From Deferribacterales bacterium (GTDB taxonomy: Bacteria; Chrysiogenota; Deferribacteres; Deferribacterales; Geovibrionaceae), in contig JBFWJS010000002.1 of the NCBI GenBank assembly GCA_050253075.1, positions 591,571-655,570 of the forward strand: a DNA stretch of 64,000 bases, written 5' to 3'. Position 1 is the first letter of the stretch. Each line of letters opens with the position of its first letter. The translations under genes were made by a program, and so were the position numbers. Below, one piece after another: positions 39,384 through 48,704 of the stretch. The notes beneath the pieces are model-generated. The model was not told the DNA's origin and did no database searches. It saw only the letters and a list, made by a program, of their open reading frames with translations.

Positions 39384-41873
39384 TTAACGTTTCAGGCTCA
39401 TAAGCTCCTGAAGCATTTCATCTGATGTCGTAATGACCCTTGAGTTCGCCTGGAAGCCCCTCTGGGTAGTGATCATATTTACAAACTGACTTGAAAGGTC
39501 AACGTTTGAGTTTTCAAGTGTACTGGATGCTATCTCACCGCGGAAACCTGTTCCCGGTTTACCGATGGATGCATCACCGGAGTTCGATGAATCCTGGAAT
39601 GTTGTATCACCGACTTTGATAAGACCGCCCGGGTTTGTGAATGTGGCAGTGGCTATCTGTGCGATGGTAGCAACCTGTCCGTTAGTATAGTAGCCGATGA
39701 TCTCACCTGCGGTGTTGAAGAGTGTCGACTCCAGAAGTCCTGTCGAGTATCCGTCCTGAGAAGAGCTGTTGATACCGCCCTCATCAGCAGAGATGTATAT
39801 ACCGTCGAAGCTGCCCGCTGTACCAAGCCCCATTTCTATATCACTTACGACGCCTGCACCTGAGCCTGTGTCATAGTTCATAGAAAGGCTTGCGATACGC
39901 TGTCCGCCCTCTGTGGACAGATAGTTGAACGAACCGTCAGCGTTAAAGTGCATAAACACAGTGTTGCCTGTTGTCTCGTTGAAAGAAACGCTGGCACCGT
40001 CGTCGGGAGTAGACATAGTCAGCTTCCATACGTTATCCATAGAGTCTTCCAGTTCAAATCTGTACTGAAGAGTGTGTGGATTACCCTGAGCATCAAAGAT
40101 GGTCTGGGATGTCGTAAGCGAACCGCCGCTGGCAGTCTGTACTGTATCATATTCGTAGTAGTCATAGAATGTGTCGTATGTGCCTGCTCCTACAACTTCG
40201 AATTTAACATAGTCGATCTCGTTGCTCTCGCCCTTCTCGCCTGTTATCTGGAGCTTACCTGAGTTCTGGTCGAAGCTCGCTATGTGCTGAAGCACATCTT
40301 CGTCTGTGGCAGAGTCATAGCCGAGGTATGAAGCTATCGCCACACGGAGATCATCGAGTGTAGATGTCGCCGCAGGGATAGTAGCCACACCGGGGAGCTC
40401 AGAACCCGCTACGGAGGCGGAGAACTGTATGATGGCAGTAGGGTCGAGGCCGAGACTGTTACCCGAACTGGTGAAAAGCTCTGTAAGCGGGTCGTCGTCC
40501 TGTGCCGTACGCAGGAATGTGTTACTGTTTCCGGTGTCTGTTGCACCGAATGCAGCCTGAATGACCATACCTGAAGGTACGATGTTATTTTCGAAAACTG
40601 TACCGCTGTATGACTTATCCAGAGAGAATCCTGAAAGTCTGAGCGTACCGTTTGCGGAGTTTGTGTTGTTGTCTATCTCATATGCGAACTGACCTGTTAC
40701 GCTGTCGTATGTGACGTTGAAGTCGTCAGTCGGGAGAACGTTACCGTCGATAACCTCTTCGATAGCCACAGCCAGCTCAGTCATTGTGCTGAAGTCTCTG
40801 CCTGCGTATATCTGGCTTTCGAAGTACATCTCGTCACTGGACTTTGTATCACTTATGTCGTCATAAACAGATGCGAGGTCAGAGAGAGCAACCGCAAGGA
40901 GCGGTGTACCGCTGAAGGAGTCGATGGATACGTCTATACCCGCAACGCCTGTTCTCTCTACTTTTATAGTGCCGTCAGTGACATAAACGCTGAAGTCGGC
41001 AGCACCTGCCGCTGTGTTCAGCTCTGTTTCAAGAGCATTTGCGAGACCGCCCATAGTCGTATAGTCCGCACCGTACTCTATTGTCACAGGGTTAGAGTTT
41101 ATATATACGAGAAGCTGAGTATCTTCAGGCAGGTCCATGTTTACGTCTGATGTGTTGTAAACATAGCCCATGTCTGTCATAGCAGCAGCGTGAGCCTTGA
41201 CCTTTATCGCTTCGTTATCTGCGAGGTCCATGTTTGCGCCGTCGTCGCTATAAACTTCGAAGATGCTGTCGCCTGTATCAGCATAGTGGAGCAGCGATGG
41301 ATACTCAAGGATAGAAGGGTCTGCCTCTGTATCGAGGACACCTGCTATCTCAACCTCTGTGGTTGCCTGAGCCTGTGCTGTCTGGTATGCGGATGTCAGT
41401 ACGATATCCTGTGTTGTACCTTCTGTTAAGAGTTCGCCTGTCTCAGGGTCTACCATCCATCCCTGAACATAAAGTCCGGATGTGGTGGTAAGTGCACCGC
41501 TGGCGTCAAAGCCGAAGTCCCCTGCTCTGGTATAGAGGAAGTCGTCTTCGGAATCCGCACGGAGAACGAAGAAACCTTCACCCTGAATAGCAAGGTCGGT
41601 GTTTACAGATGTACTCTGCATTGTACCTGTTTCAAATATTGTATCCACACCGGCAAGGCTCGTACCCAGACCGACCTGAGTAGAGTTTGTACCGCCTCGG
41701 GTACCTGACGGAGCAGTTGAGCCGACGATAGTCTGGCTGAGAAGATCTTCGAAGACCGCCCTTCCCGACTTATAACCGACTGTGTTCACGTTTGAAATGT
41801 TGTTACCCAGTACGTCCATCGCCTGCTGGTTTACACCCAGACCGCTGATGGCTGAATAAAGTGACCGCATCAT
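39384..41873 (-). CDS. flgE: Flagellar hook protein FlgE (long form, ~830 aa)
   Basis: MMRSLYSAISGL...GNNISNVNT.GYK, DLAI.G.GFF, YTRAG.F, LENSNVDL...QRGFQANSR; start placed at ATG 41873. Confidence 0.96.
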   Translation of the reverse strand: MMRSLYSAISGLGVNQQAMDVLGNNISNVNTVGYKSGRAVFEDLLSQTIVGSTAPSGTRGGTNSTQVGLGTSLAGVDTIFETGTMQSTSVNTDLAIQGEGFFVLRADSEDDFLYTRAGDFGFDASGALTTTSGLYVQGWMVDPETGELLTEGTTQDIVLTSAYQTAQAQATTEVEIAGVLDTEADPSILEYPSLLHYADTGDSIFEVYSDDGANMDLADNEAIKVKAHAAAMTDMGYVYNTSDVNMDLPEDTQLLVYINSNPVTIEYGADYTTMGGLANALETELNTAAGAADFSVYVTDGTIKVERTGVAGIDVSIDSFSGTPLLAVALSDLASVYDDISDTKSSDEMYFESQIYAGRDFSTMTELAVAIEEVIDGNVLPTDDFNVTYDSVTGQFAYEIDNNTNSANGTLRLSGFSLDKSYSGTVFENNIVPSGMVIQAAFGATDTGNSNTFLRTAQDDDPLTELFTSSGNSLGLDPTAIIQFSASVAGSELPGVATIPAATSTLDDLRVAIASYLGYDSATDEDVLQHIASFDQNSGKLQITGEKGESNEIDYVKFEVVGAGTYDTFYDYYEYDTVQTASGGSLTTSQTIFDAQGNPHTLQYRFELEDSMDNVWKLTMSTPDDGASVSFNETTGNTVFMHFNADGSFNYLSTEGGQRIASLSMNYDTGSGAGVVSDIEMGLGTAGSFDGIYISADEGGINSSSQDGYSTGLLESTLFNTAGEIIGYYTNGQVATIAQIATATFTNPGGLIKVGDTTFQDSSNSGDASIGKPGTGFRGEIASSTLENSNVDLSSQFVNMITTQRGFQANSRVITTSDEMLQELMSLKR

Positions 41874-41874
41874 C

Positions 41875-42573
41875 TTAAGCACCTCCGAGAGTAGCGTCTC
41901 TCACCGATGTTATGTCTTCGGCAGGAATGTCGCTGCCGTCTACTTCGTATACAAGTGAACCGTCAACAGTCTTAACGCCTGTTACCAGTCCGTTTCCGTA
42001 TGTCTGAACATCTATCTCAGCACCGTCTGTGTCGTATGCGATAACTGAGAAGCTGTATTTACCGTTCTGTACTGTATTTCCGTCCTGATCAGTTCCGTTC
42101 CAGTAGAATGTCTGCATGTCTGTGTCTGTTACAGACGGCTGGAATGTCCTGATGATCTTACCGTCAGAATCTTTGATAGATACTATTGTTTTAAAAGGAA
42201 CTTCGTCTGTTTCGAAAGACACGGCAGCGGCTCCGTCAGAGAGATAAGTATTATTACCCTCGAACTCCACCAGCTTGCCTATGTATCCTGAAGCGGACAT
42301 CATGAGCTCCTGAGCGTTAACCGCAGCAGATCCGTTTGCTATGGTCTCTATGTTCTCCTCGATGCTGGTGAGCAGCTCCACCTGTGTGAATGTCGCTGTC
42401 TGCTCCATCATCGCAGAGTCGTCCATAGGGTCTGTCGGGTCCTGGTTCTGAAGCTGTGTAACAAACAGGTTAAGGAAATCTGTTTGCGACAGCTCGCCCT
42501 GATTATTATCGTAATCGATCTTGTCAGAGCTGTATGTTGTAGTGTTTACTGCTGTTGAACTTGATATTTGCAT
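41875..42573 (-). CDS. flgD: Hook capping protein FlgD
   Basis: FL.LFVTQLQNQDPTDPMD, W.GTD..G. Confidence 0.96.
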   Translation of the reverse strand: MQISSSTAVNTTTYSSDKIDYDNNQGELSQTDFLNLFVTQLQNQDPTDPMDDSAMMEQTATFTQVELLTSIEENIETIANGSAAVNAQELMMSASGYIGKLVEFEGNNTYLSDGAAAVSFETDEVPFKTIVSIKDSDGKIIRTFQPSVTDTDMQTFYWNGTDQDGNTVQNGKYSFSVIAYDTDGAEIDVQTYGNGLVTGVKTVDGSLVYEVDGSDIPAEDITSVRDATLGGA

Positions 42574-42596
42574 TTTATACCTCCGGCATCGACCTA

Positions 42597-43763
42597 TCAG
42601 GCGTAAATACCGTTATCCTCCTCTGATGTTTCCTCGTCGGACTCGTCAGAAAGGAGACCTGCTCCATTCGCACTTCCGCTTTTCTTACCTTCTTTCCCTT
42701 CCCATCCGGCAAATTCATGCTGTTCGAAATCTTTGAAGACGAACTCAAGGTTCTCTACAATGATCCCTTTGTCTGCAAGCTGCTGACGGAGAGCTTCAGA
42801 GTTAGAGGTAAAAAGGTGCTTGGCGGCATCGGACTCAAAGGTTATCTTCCCTGAAATCTTACCTGCCTGCTCAGTCAGCTCAATGTTGACTTTACCGAGC
42901 TCCTGCGGAGTAAGCTGAACTGTCAGCTTATTTGCTTTCTGACCTTTTGCCAGTTCCATAAGCTCCGCGAACTTCATTATGTCCTTAGGACTCTCTATTT
43001 TTATCTCAGTGGTGATGACCTTTTCTGTGGTTTCGGATTTGATTGTGAATCCGCTCTCAGAAGTTTCTGTGGTCACTTTTTCCGTTTTCTGTCCTTTTGC
43101 TGCTTCGGCCAGCTCAGCTATCTTCTGCTTCATATCAGCGGAGAGCTGCTGTTCTGAGCTTTTCTCCTGAGCGAGGTTTAAGAGCATCTCTCTTTTTGAT
43201 GTCCCCTCGTCACCTTCTGCTGAAGCCTGTGCCGCTGCGTCTGTGGCGGTTGTAGCTGTTGTCTCATTCTTTACCAGAGTGAGCTGTGGCTGAGTATTTG
43301 TCTGAGCCTGAATAGCGGCTATCTGGTCCAGAGCCTGTTCCAGGATCATAGTGTCCTGCTCGGTCTGGGTGCCTTCTCCGCCGAGAACGCTCAGTGCAAG
43401 TTGTGTTAAAACGTCCTCTGACTCATCCTGTGCCGCGATCATCAGCTCGTCTATGAAAGCAGAAACATCTTCTTCGGTCTCTGCCTCAGCAAGCATACGC
43501 TTAAGCTCCGCCTTCTGCTCCTCGGGAATATCTAGGTTATCTATTACTTCCTCAGGCGTTTCGGGTTCTTCCGCTTTAACGCTCTTCTGATCTTGTGCCG
43601 CAGATGTGTCTTTGGTTTTCAGTGTCTGTGCGTCGTCTCCGGAACGGTCAAGGTACTTTTTGAATACGTCTTCAAACTGTCCCTGTCCTGTATCCGCAGC
43701 TGCTTTAGGCATTTCTACGTTTACCTGTGCACTGAAAAGATTAAGGATGGAAATATTCTCCAT
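42597..43763 (-). CDS. fliK: Hook-length control protein FliK
   Basis: Low-complexity acidic N-terminus; C-terminal LTPQELGKV.I domain; first gene before flgDE. Confidence 0.88.
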   Translation of the reverse strand: MENISILNLFSAQVNVEMPKAAADTGQGQFEDVFKKYLDRSGDDAQTLKTKDTSAAQDQKSVKAEEPETPEEVIDNLDIPEEQKAELKRMLAEAETEEDVSAFIDELMIAAQDESEDVLTQLALSVLGGEGTQTEQDTMILEQALDQIAAIQAQTNTQPQLTLVKNETTATTATDAAAQASAEGDEGTSKREMLLNLAQEKSSEQQLSADMKQKIAELAEAAKGQKTEKVTTETSESGFTIKSETTEKVITTEIKIESPKDIMKFAELMELAKGQKANKLTVQLTPQELGKVNIELTEQAGKISGKITFESDAAKHLFTSNSEALRQQLADKGIIVENLEFVFKDFEQHEFAGWEGKEGKKSGSANGAGLLSDESDEETSEEDNGIYA

Positions 43764-43786
43764 ATAGACACCTCCGCATCTATAGT

Positions 43787-43802
43787 AGAAAATCGTGTGC
43801 CA
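43787..43802 (-). promoter_or_regulatory. Sigma54-like promoter of fliK-flgD-flgE
   Basis: Minus strand TGGCACACGATTTTCT (perfect -24 TGGCAC, -12 TTTC variant), about 24 nt upstream of the ATG. Confidence 0.55.
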
Positions 43803-43834
43803 TTTTTCTGAAAAATAAAAAAGTAAGGATTATC

Positions 43835-43861
43835 TAAAGTTTTAGAACTGAATGCCGATAC
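43835..43861 (+). promoter_or_regulatory. Near-consensus sigma28 (FliA) promoter pointing antisense into lpxB
   Basis: TAAAGTTT-N11-GCCGATAC. Confidence 0.5.
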
Positions 43862-45021
43862 TAGGAGGCAGTTTTTTCCTGAGCTATTTTTTCCATGAAG
43901 GAAGATATTTCCTCAGCCGCATTCACAGAGGCATCCGTGTCGGGGAAGAACTCTCCTACCTCTCTCAGCCCCTCTTTCACCTGAGCATATTCTTCGAAAA
44001 CTTTTTCGGTATATTTCAGCAGGTTGAATGATGTGCAGTCGCTCTGGACGAGCTCGGGTATCACGGGTTTGTTCAGCACTATGTTCGGCATGCCGATGTA
44101 TTTCAGCCTGTAGACCATGCGCCCGATGTTATACGTCAGGAATCCCGTCTTATACATAAGTATCAGCGGGGTGCCGACGATGGCTGCCTCCAGCGTAGCA
44201 GTGCCCGAGCATACCCACAGCAGGTCGCTGTGCTTCATTATGTCGTGGGTCAGCCCCGTGGCAAAGCGTATACGGGTTCCTTTTATCTTGTCTTTTATGT
44301 ATTCCTCGTCCACGCCGTCTGCGGCTCCGAGGACAAATTCATAATCAGGCAGTGCAATGGCCGTGTTTATCATGATAGGGAGCAGTGCCTCTATCTCACG
44401 CTTTCTGCTGCCGGGGAGCATTCCTATCACTTTCGCATCGGGTGCGAATTTCCCTTTATCCAGAAACTCGGCCTTGTCTGCACATTTATAAACTATCCCC
44501 TCACGCACGGGGTTTCCGATGTATTTCGCATTTACCCCTTCCTTGATGAGTATCTCCTCTTCGAAAGGATATATGCATAGCACAAGGTCGCAGAACTCAC
44601 GCAGTTTATTCACACGCTTATAGTTCCACGCCCAGAATGTAGGCGAGATAAAGAATATTACAGGTAATCCCAGCTTCTTCACCTCTTTGGCAAAGCGCAG
44701 GTTAAACCCCGGGTAATCGACGAGGATTACGGCATCAGGTCTGTCCGCCTGAAGCTCTTCCACCAGCTTATCACGCACCTTGAAGAGGAAGCGGAGCTTC
44801 TTTATCGCTTCGTCCAGCCCTATAACACTGAGGTCGTTTATATCGAAAAACTGCTTCTGTCCGTGCGCCTTAAGGTCTGGACCGCCAGTGCCCGAAAGGG
44901 TAAGGTCGAACCTCTCCTTAAGAGCGGATACCAGAGCAGATGCATGGGCATCGCCTGATTTCTCCGCAGCCATGATGAACAGTTTAAGTTCTTTCAAGCT
45001 GTCACCTGTAGAAAACGACAA
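43861..45021 (-). CDS. lpxB: Lipid-A-disaccharide synthase
   Basis: AEKSGD, DYPGFNL, SP..WAW, PFE, GNP, PGSR..E, SGTATLE; true start probably the TTG near 44998. Confidence 0.96.
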   Translation of the reverse strand: MSFSTGDSLKELKLFIMAAEKSGDAHASALVSALKERFDLTLSGTGGPDLKAHGQKQFFDINDLSVIGLDEAIKKLRFLFKVRDKLVEELQADRPDAVILVDYPGFNLRFAKEVKKLGLPVIFFISPTFWAWNYKRVNKLREFCDLVLCIYPFEEEILIKEGVNAKYIGNPVREGIVYKCADKAEFLDKGKFAPDAKVIGMLPGSRKREIEALLPIMINTAIALPDYEFVLGAADGVDEEYIKDKIKGTRIRFATGLTHDIMKHSDLLWVCSGTATLEAAIVGTPLILMYKTGFLTYNIGRMVYRLKYIGMPNIVLNKPVIPELVQSDCTSFNLLKYTEKVFEEYAQVKEGLREVGEFFPDTDASVNAAEEISSFMEKIAQEKTAS

Positions 45022-46024
45022 AGAACTTGTCGCCCGAGTAATATTTTCTGTATTTCAGGTCGCCGTTGTAAAGGAACACAAGCCACAGCTTGCCGTCTTT
45101 CTCCCTGACTTCGACCTTATAAACGTCTCCGTCGTTAAATCTCTGGAGCACTTTTGAAAACAGCTTTGTATCGTCAAATCCGAATGCGGCGAGTCCGTCC
45201 GACTCACGCACGGTCATCTCAGGCCTGCCCGGCAGAGATACCTGAAAAGATTCGGTCTTGTCATTCTTATCACGTCTGAATCCCCACATGGATGAATAGC
45301 CCGCACACTGCTTTCCTATGGTCAGGCTGTTCCCCTCGGGGCATACGGATACAGGCTCGGAAAATATCAGCCTTGTCTTTCCGTTCAGGTTATTGGATGC
45401 CAGCAGGGTTTTATATTTAACCGTGCCAGGCAGTAGATTTACATTGAATATGTCCAGATAATATCTTCCCCCTGCCGTCCCCTGAGAGTAGATAACAGGG
45501 TTGTCGAACATTATCTCTGTCTCTCCGCCCCTCTGCATCACACCCTGAAATGTCTGTGCAGGGGTCTGCGGGTCTGCCCATCCGCCGAAGGTCTTCATCG
45601 AGAGGAGCTCGGTGTCGGGGCGTGTGGATGTCAGCCTGACATGCAGACCTGTCTCACTGCGGGATGTAGAGAGCAGATGTGTAGTCGAGAGATGGAATAC
45701 CAGCTTGAAACCGCTGGGGTACTGTGTCTTTTCTATCTTTAATATAGGACGTATGATATTGATCTTCATGAATTCGTCTATCGGTCTGTCGAGGTTCTTC
45801 ACCACGAGGGTGAATGTCAGCCCGTCGTTGCTGAGCACGGCTGTATAGTCCCATCCGCCCTTCGGTATCACAAAGTCCATGTTCAGGTCACCGCCAGTGC
45901 GGTATATATCTGTGCTGACAGGTGCATCCTGCGGGGCCTGCATCTCTGCCATCATGGCTGTCTCTGTACATGCATACAGCATCACCATTGCTAAGAGCAC
46001 CGTAATGATGCGGATAATTTTCAT
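45002..46024 (-). CDS. Hypothetical lipoprotein, possibly with AMIN-like beta domains
   Basis: Lipobox LYAC; beta-rich repeats; coupled to pilM and lpxB. Confidence 0.55.
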   Translation of the reverse strand: MKIIRIITVLLAMVMLYACTETAMMAEMQAPQDAPVSTDIYRTGGDLNMDFVIPKGGWDYTAVLSNDGLTFTLVVKNLDRPIDEFMKINIIRPILKIEKTQYPSGFKLVFHLSTTHLLSTSRSETGLHVRLTSTRPDTELLSMKTFGGWADPQTPAQTFQGVMQRGGETEIMFDNPVIYSQGTAGGRYYLDIFNVNLLPGTVKYKTLLASNNLNGKTRLIFSEPVSVCPEGNSLTIGKQCAGYSSMWGFRRDKNDKTESFQVSLPGRPEMTVRESDGLAAFGFDDTKLFSKVLQRFNDGDVYKVEVREKDGKLWLVFLYNGDLKYRKYYSGDKFFVVFYR

Positions 46025-47043
46025 GCTTTCCTCATGGCGAGCCCTGTCGCAAGGGCGAATGTGCCCGCACCGCAGTCGTCTATGACACCGCGGAGTGCAT
46101 CGGGCAGTTCGATATATTTAAACGGGTCTATGTGGGTCACGCCCACACCCATAGATGTCTCAATATTTTCAACAACCTCGGCAACGTAAGAAACGGCACC
46201 GCAGACGAAGAAGTCCACGGGCTCCTTACTGCGTTCCTGCATGTATATATCCACAAGGGTCTCTATCTCTGACCCGAGGCTGTTCCCGTATGCCATAGCA
46301 GCGGCCTGTGCATCGGCATCGGTGCTCATGGATTCACTGCTTCTTATTATCGCTTCCGCCTTTTCTGGGTCGCTGTCCATGTCGGATGCGAGCTCCTCTG
46401 CGAGGGATTTCCCCCCTTTCGGCAGAGTTTTTATCATATCGACGACACCGTTTTCAAAAAATATGACACGGACTTCATCGTAGCCGATGTCTATCACGGC
46501 GTTCACGTGCTTCTGGCTACCTTTCAGCTTTGTCACCAGATTCACCAGTGCGAGGGCTTCTATGTCCATCACCACGGGGTTCAGCCCCGCCTGTGATGCC
46601 ACATTCAGCAGATCCGCAACCTTATCTTTCGGTGCGGCCGCCACGACAGCCTCTGCGGACTGACGCTCAGGGTCGAATCTGAGCAGTTGTGCGTCAAAGG
46701 TCGCCTTTTCTGTGGAGAGCCCGATGTACTGCTCGGCGCTCCAAAGGAACTCTTCGGTGAAGTTTCCCTTGCCGTTCCACGGCAGATGCACCTTTTTCAC
46801 TATCACATCATTTCCTTTCAGGGCGAATGCGGCATCTTTCTCAGTGCCTTTTGCGGAGCGTACAAGGTCGTGCACGGCTTTCGCCAGTGCTCCGTGGTCT
46901 ATCACGGCACCCTCAACGTATACGCTGGGCGGTGTAGGGGCTATGAGAACGTGGGAAACGACAAAGCCGTCCTTCTTCTCTTTCAGCCCGATGACCTTAA
47001 TGTTTGATGCTCCGATATCCACGCCTAAAAGGAGTTTGCTCAT
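46021..47043 (-). CDS. pilM: PilM-family actin-like ATPase
   Basis: GVDIGASNIK, AAAPK, DIE.LAL.N, IDIG, A.GLA.R. Confidence 0.85.
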   Translation of the reverse strand: MSKLLLGVDIGASNIKVIGLKEKKDGFVVSHVLIAPTPPSVYVEGAVIDHGALAKAVHDLVRSAKGTEKDAAFALKGNDVIVKKVHLPWNGKGNFTEEFLWSAEQYIGLSTEKATFDAQLLRFDPERQSAEAVVAAAPKDKVADLLNVASQAGLNPVVMDIEALALVNLVTKLKGSQKHVNAVIDIGYDEVRVIFFENGVVDMIKTLPKGGKSLAEELASDMDSDPEKAEAIIRSSESMSTDADAQAAAMAYGNSLGSEIETLVDIYMQERSKEPVDFFVCGAVSYVAEVVENIETSMGVGVTHIDPFKYIELPDALRGVIDDCGAGTFALATGLAMRKA

Positions 47044-47375
47044 ATATTAATATCCTCGGCATTTTCCAGTTTAGTAAAAAAGCATGTGCGCTCGCCCGTG
47101 TGGCATGCCACTCCCGTCTGCTCCACCATATACAGTATGGTGTCGCCGTCACAGTCGAGGTACACAGCGTACAGTTTCTGCAGGTGTCCCGATGTTTCGC
47201 CCTTTTTCCAGAGCTCGTCCCTGCTGCGTGAGTAATAGTGCGCATAGCCTGTCTCCAGAGACAGCTTCAGCGCTTCTTTATTAACATAAGCGAGCATAAG
47301 GACCTCTTTCGTATTAACGTCCTGCGCTATGGCAGGCAGCAGTCCGCCCTGCTTTTCCCAGTCTATCTTTATCAT
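47040..47375 (-). CDS. hisI: Phosphoribosyl-AMP cyclohydrolase
   Basis: SRSR..LW.KGETSG, DCDGD, ACHTG..TCF. Confidence 0.97.
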   Translation of the reverse strand: MIKIDWEKQGGLLPAIAQDVNTKEVLMLAYVNKEALKLSLETGYAHYYSRSRDELWKKGETSGHLQKLYAVYLDCDGDTILYMVEQTGVACHTGERTCFFTKLENAEDINI

Positions 47376-47668
47376 CTGGTCTCACTTCCAAGTTTATTGT
47401 AGAGTTCGCTTTTCAGCAGGCTTTCCTCAGCCTCGGTGATCTTCAGTCCGCGCACTTTCATGCCATAGACCACCCTGTCCCACTCGGCGTTGGCGCGTTT
47501 CCTGTTGTAAACGATCTCCGCCGTGTGGCATGTGCCGCATTTCTCTTCGACAATCTGTATCTTCTGTTCTCCGCAGCCTGTCAGCAGGCTAGCAGATACG
47601 AGGAAGAAGCTCACCGGCAGGCATTTCAATATGCCTTTTACCGCCGATTGCAGTTTCGAGAACAACAC
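47372..47668 (-). CDS. Small monoheme c-type cytochrome lipoprotein
   Basis: Lipobox LTGC, CGTCH, W.RVV..M; true start probably downstream of 47668. Confidence 0.7.
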   Translation of the reverse strand: MLFSKLQSAVKGILKCLPVSFFLVSASLLTGCGEQKIQIVEEKCGTCHTAEIVYNRKRANAEWDRVVYGMKVRGLKITEAEESLLKSELYNKLGSETR

Positions 47669-48572
47669 CTTTACCCTCTACCCTTCCCACGATAGCGGCA
47701 CGTTTGCCGTTTTCGCAGTTTTTTATATTTTCCAGAGCCTTTTCGGCATCTTTTTCACTTATAATTATAACAGCTAGCCCCTCATTCGCAACTGCCAAAG
47801 GGTCAAAGCCGAGCATATCGCACAGATAGCCTACATTTTCGTCCATAGGCAGGTCGGTCTCTTTTATCAGAAATCCCTTACCGCCGTCAGCGGCTATCTC
47901 GTTCAGCACTGCTGCCACACCGCCCCTTGTGGCGTCACGGGCAAATTTTACATCCATATCAGCAACAGCGGAGAAGACATCCACGAGGCACGCACAGTCA
48001 GAGAGAACCTCACCGTCGAAGCCGAGCTCGCCCCTTGCGAGCATGACGCTCATGCCGTGTCTGGCTATGTCTGATGTGAGGATGACGACATCACCCTCCT
48101 CTATCCTGCCGTGGTCTGTATAGTCCTTTACCGAGCGTCCTATGCCCGATGTGTTTATCATCAGTCCGTCGCATCCGCCCTTATCCACCACCTTCGTATC
48201 TCCGCAGACGATATTCACGCCTGCTTTCTTACACTCCTCTGCCATGCTGTCTATCACACGCTCAAGGTCGGCAACGGGGTATCCCTCGGGGATGATAAGC
48301 CCGAATGAGAGATACTGGGGCACTGCGCCCGAAACCAGAAGGTCGTTCATAGTGCCGCAAACGGCTATTTTGCCTATGTTTCCGCCGGGGAAAAATTCTG
48401 GGCGGACAACATAGCTGTCTGTAGTAAATGCTGTTTTTGATGTGGTATCGAGGAGGGCAGCATCGGATGCTTTTAACAGATGCTCGTTACCCAGTCGGGA
48501 AAATATTATATCTGAAACGAAACTGCGGGATGCAGAGCCTCCGCTCCCCACAGACATTGTAACTCTGTCCAT
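47589..48572 (-). CDS. hypE: Hydrogenase maturation carbamoyl dehydratase
   Basis: TTDSYVV.P.FFPGG.IG, GDTKVV, RDATRGG, NEG, C-terminal LPRIC. Confidence 0.97.
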   Translation of the reverse strand: MDRVTMSVGSGGSASRSFVSDIIFSRLGNEHLLKASDAALLDTTSKTAFTTDSYVVRPEFFPGGNIGKIAVCGTMNDLLVSGAVPQYLSFGLIIPEGYPVADLERVIDSMAEECKKAGVNIVCGDTKVVDKGGCDGLMINTSGIGRSVKDYTDHGRIEEGDVVILTSDIARHGMSVMLARGELGFDGEVLSDCACLVDVFSAVADMDVKFARDATRGGVAAVLNEIAADGGKGFLIKETDLPMDENVGYLCDMLGFDPLAVANEGLAVIIISEKDAEKALENIKNCENGKRAAIVGRVEGKGVVLETAIGGKRHIEMPAGELLPRIC

Positions 48573-48704
48573 CTTATCACCTGTCTTAAATTAACGTATT
48601 ATACCTGTTTATGAAGATTTTAACAGACTAAATTCTATTCACCGAAAGGGTACTTGCCACCCCCCGCAAGCATATAGTATAATACAAAACCTGCAGGAGA
48701 CTTT

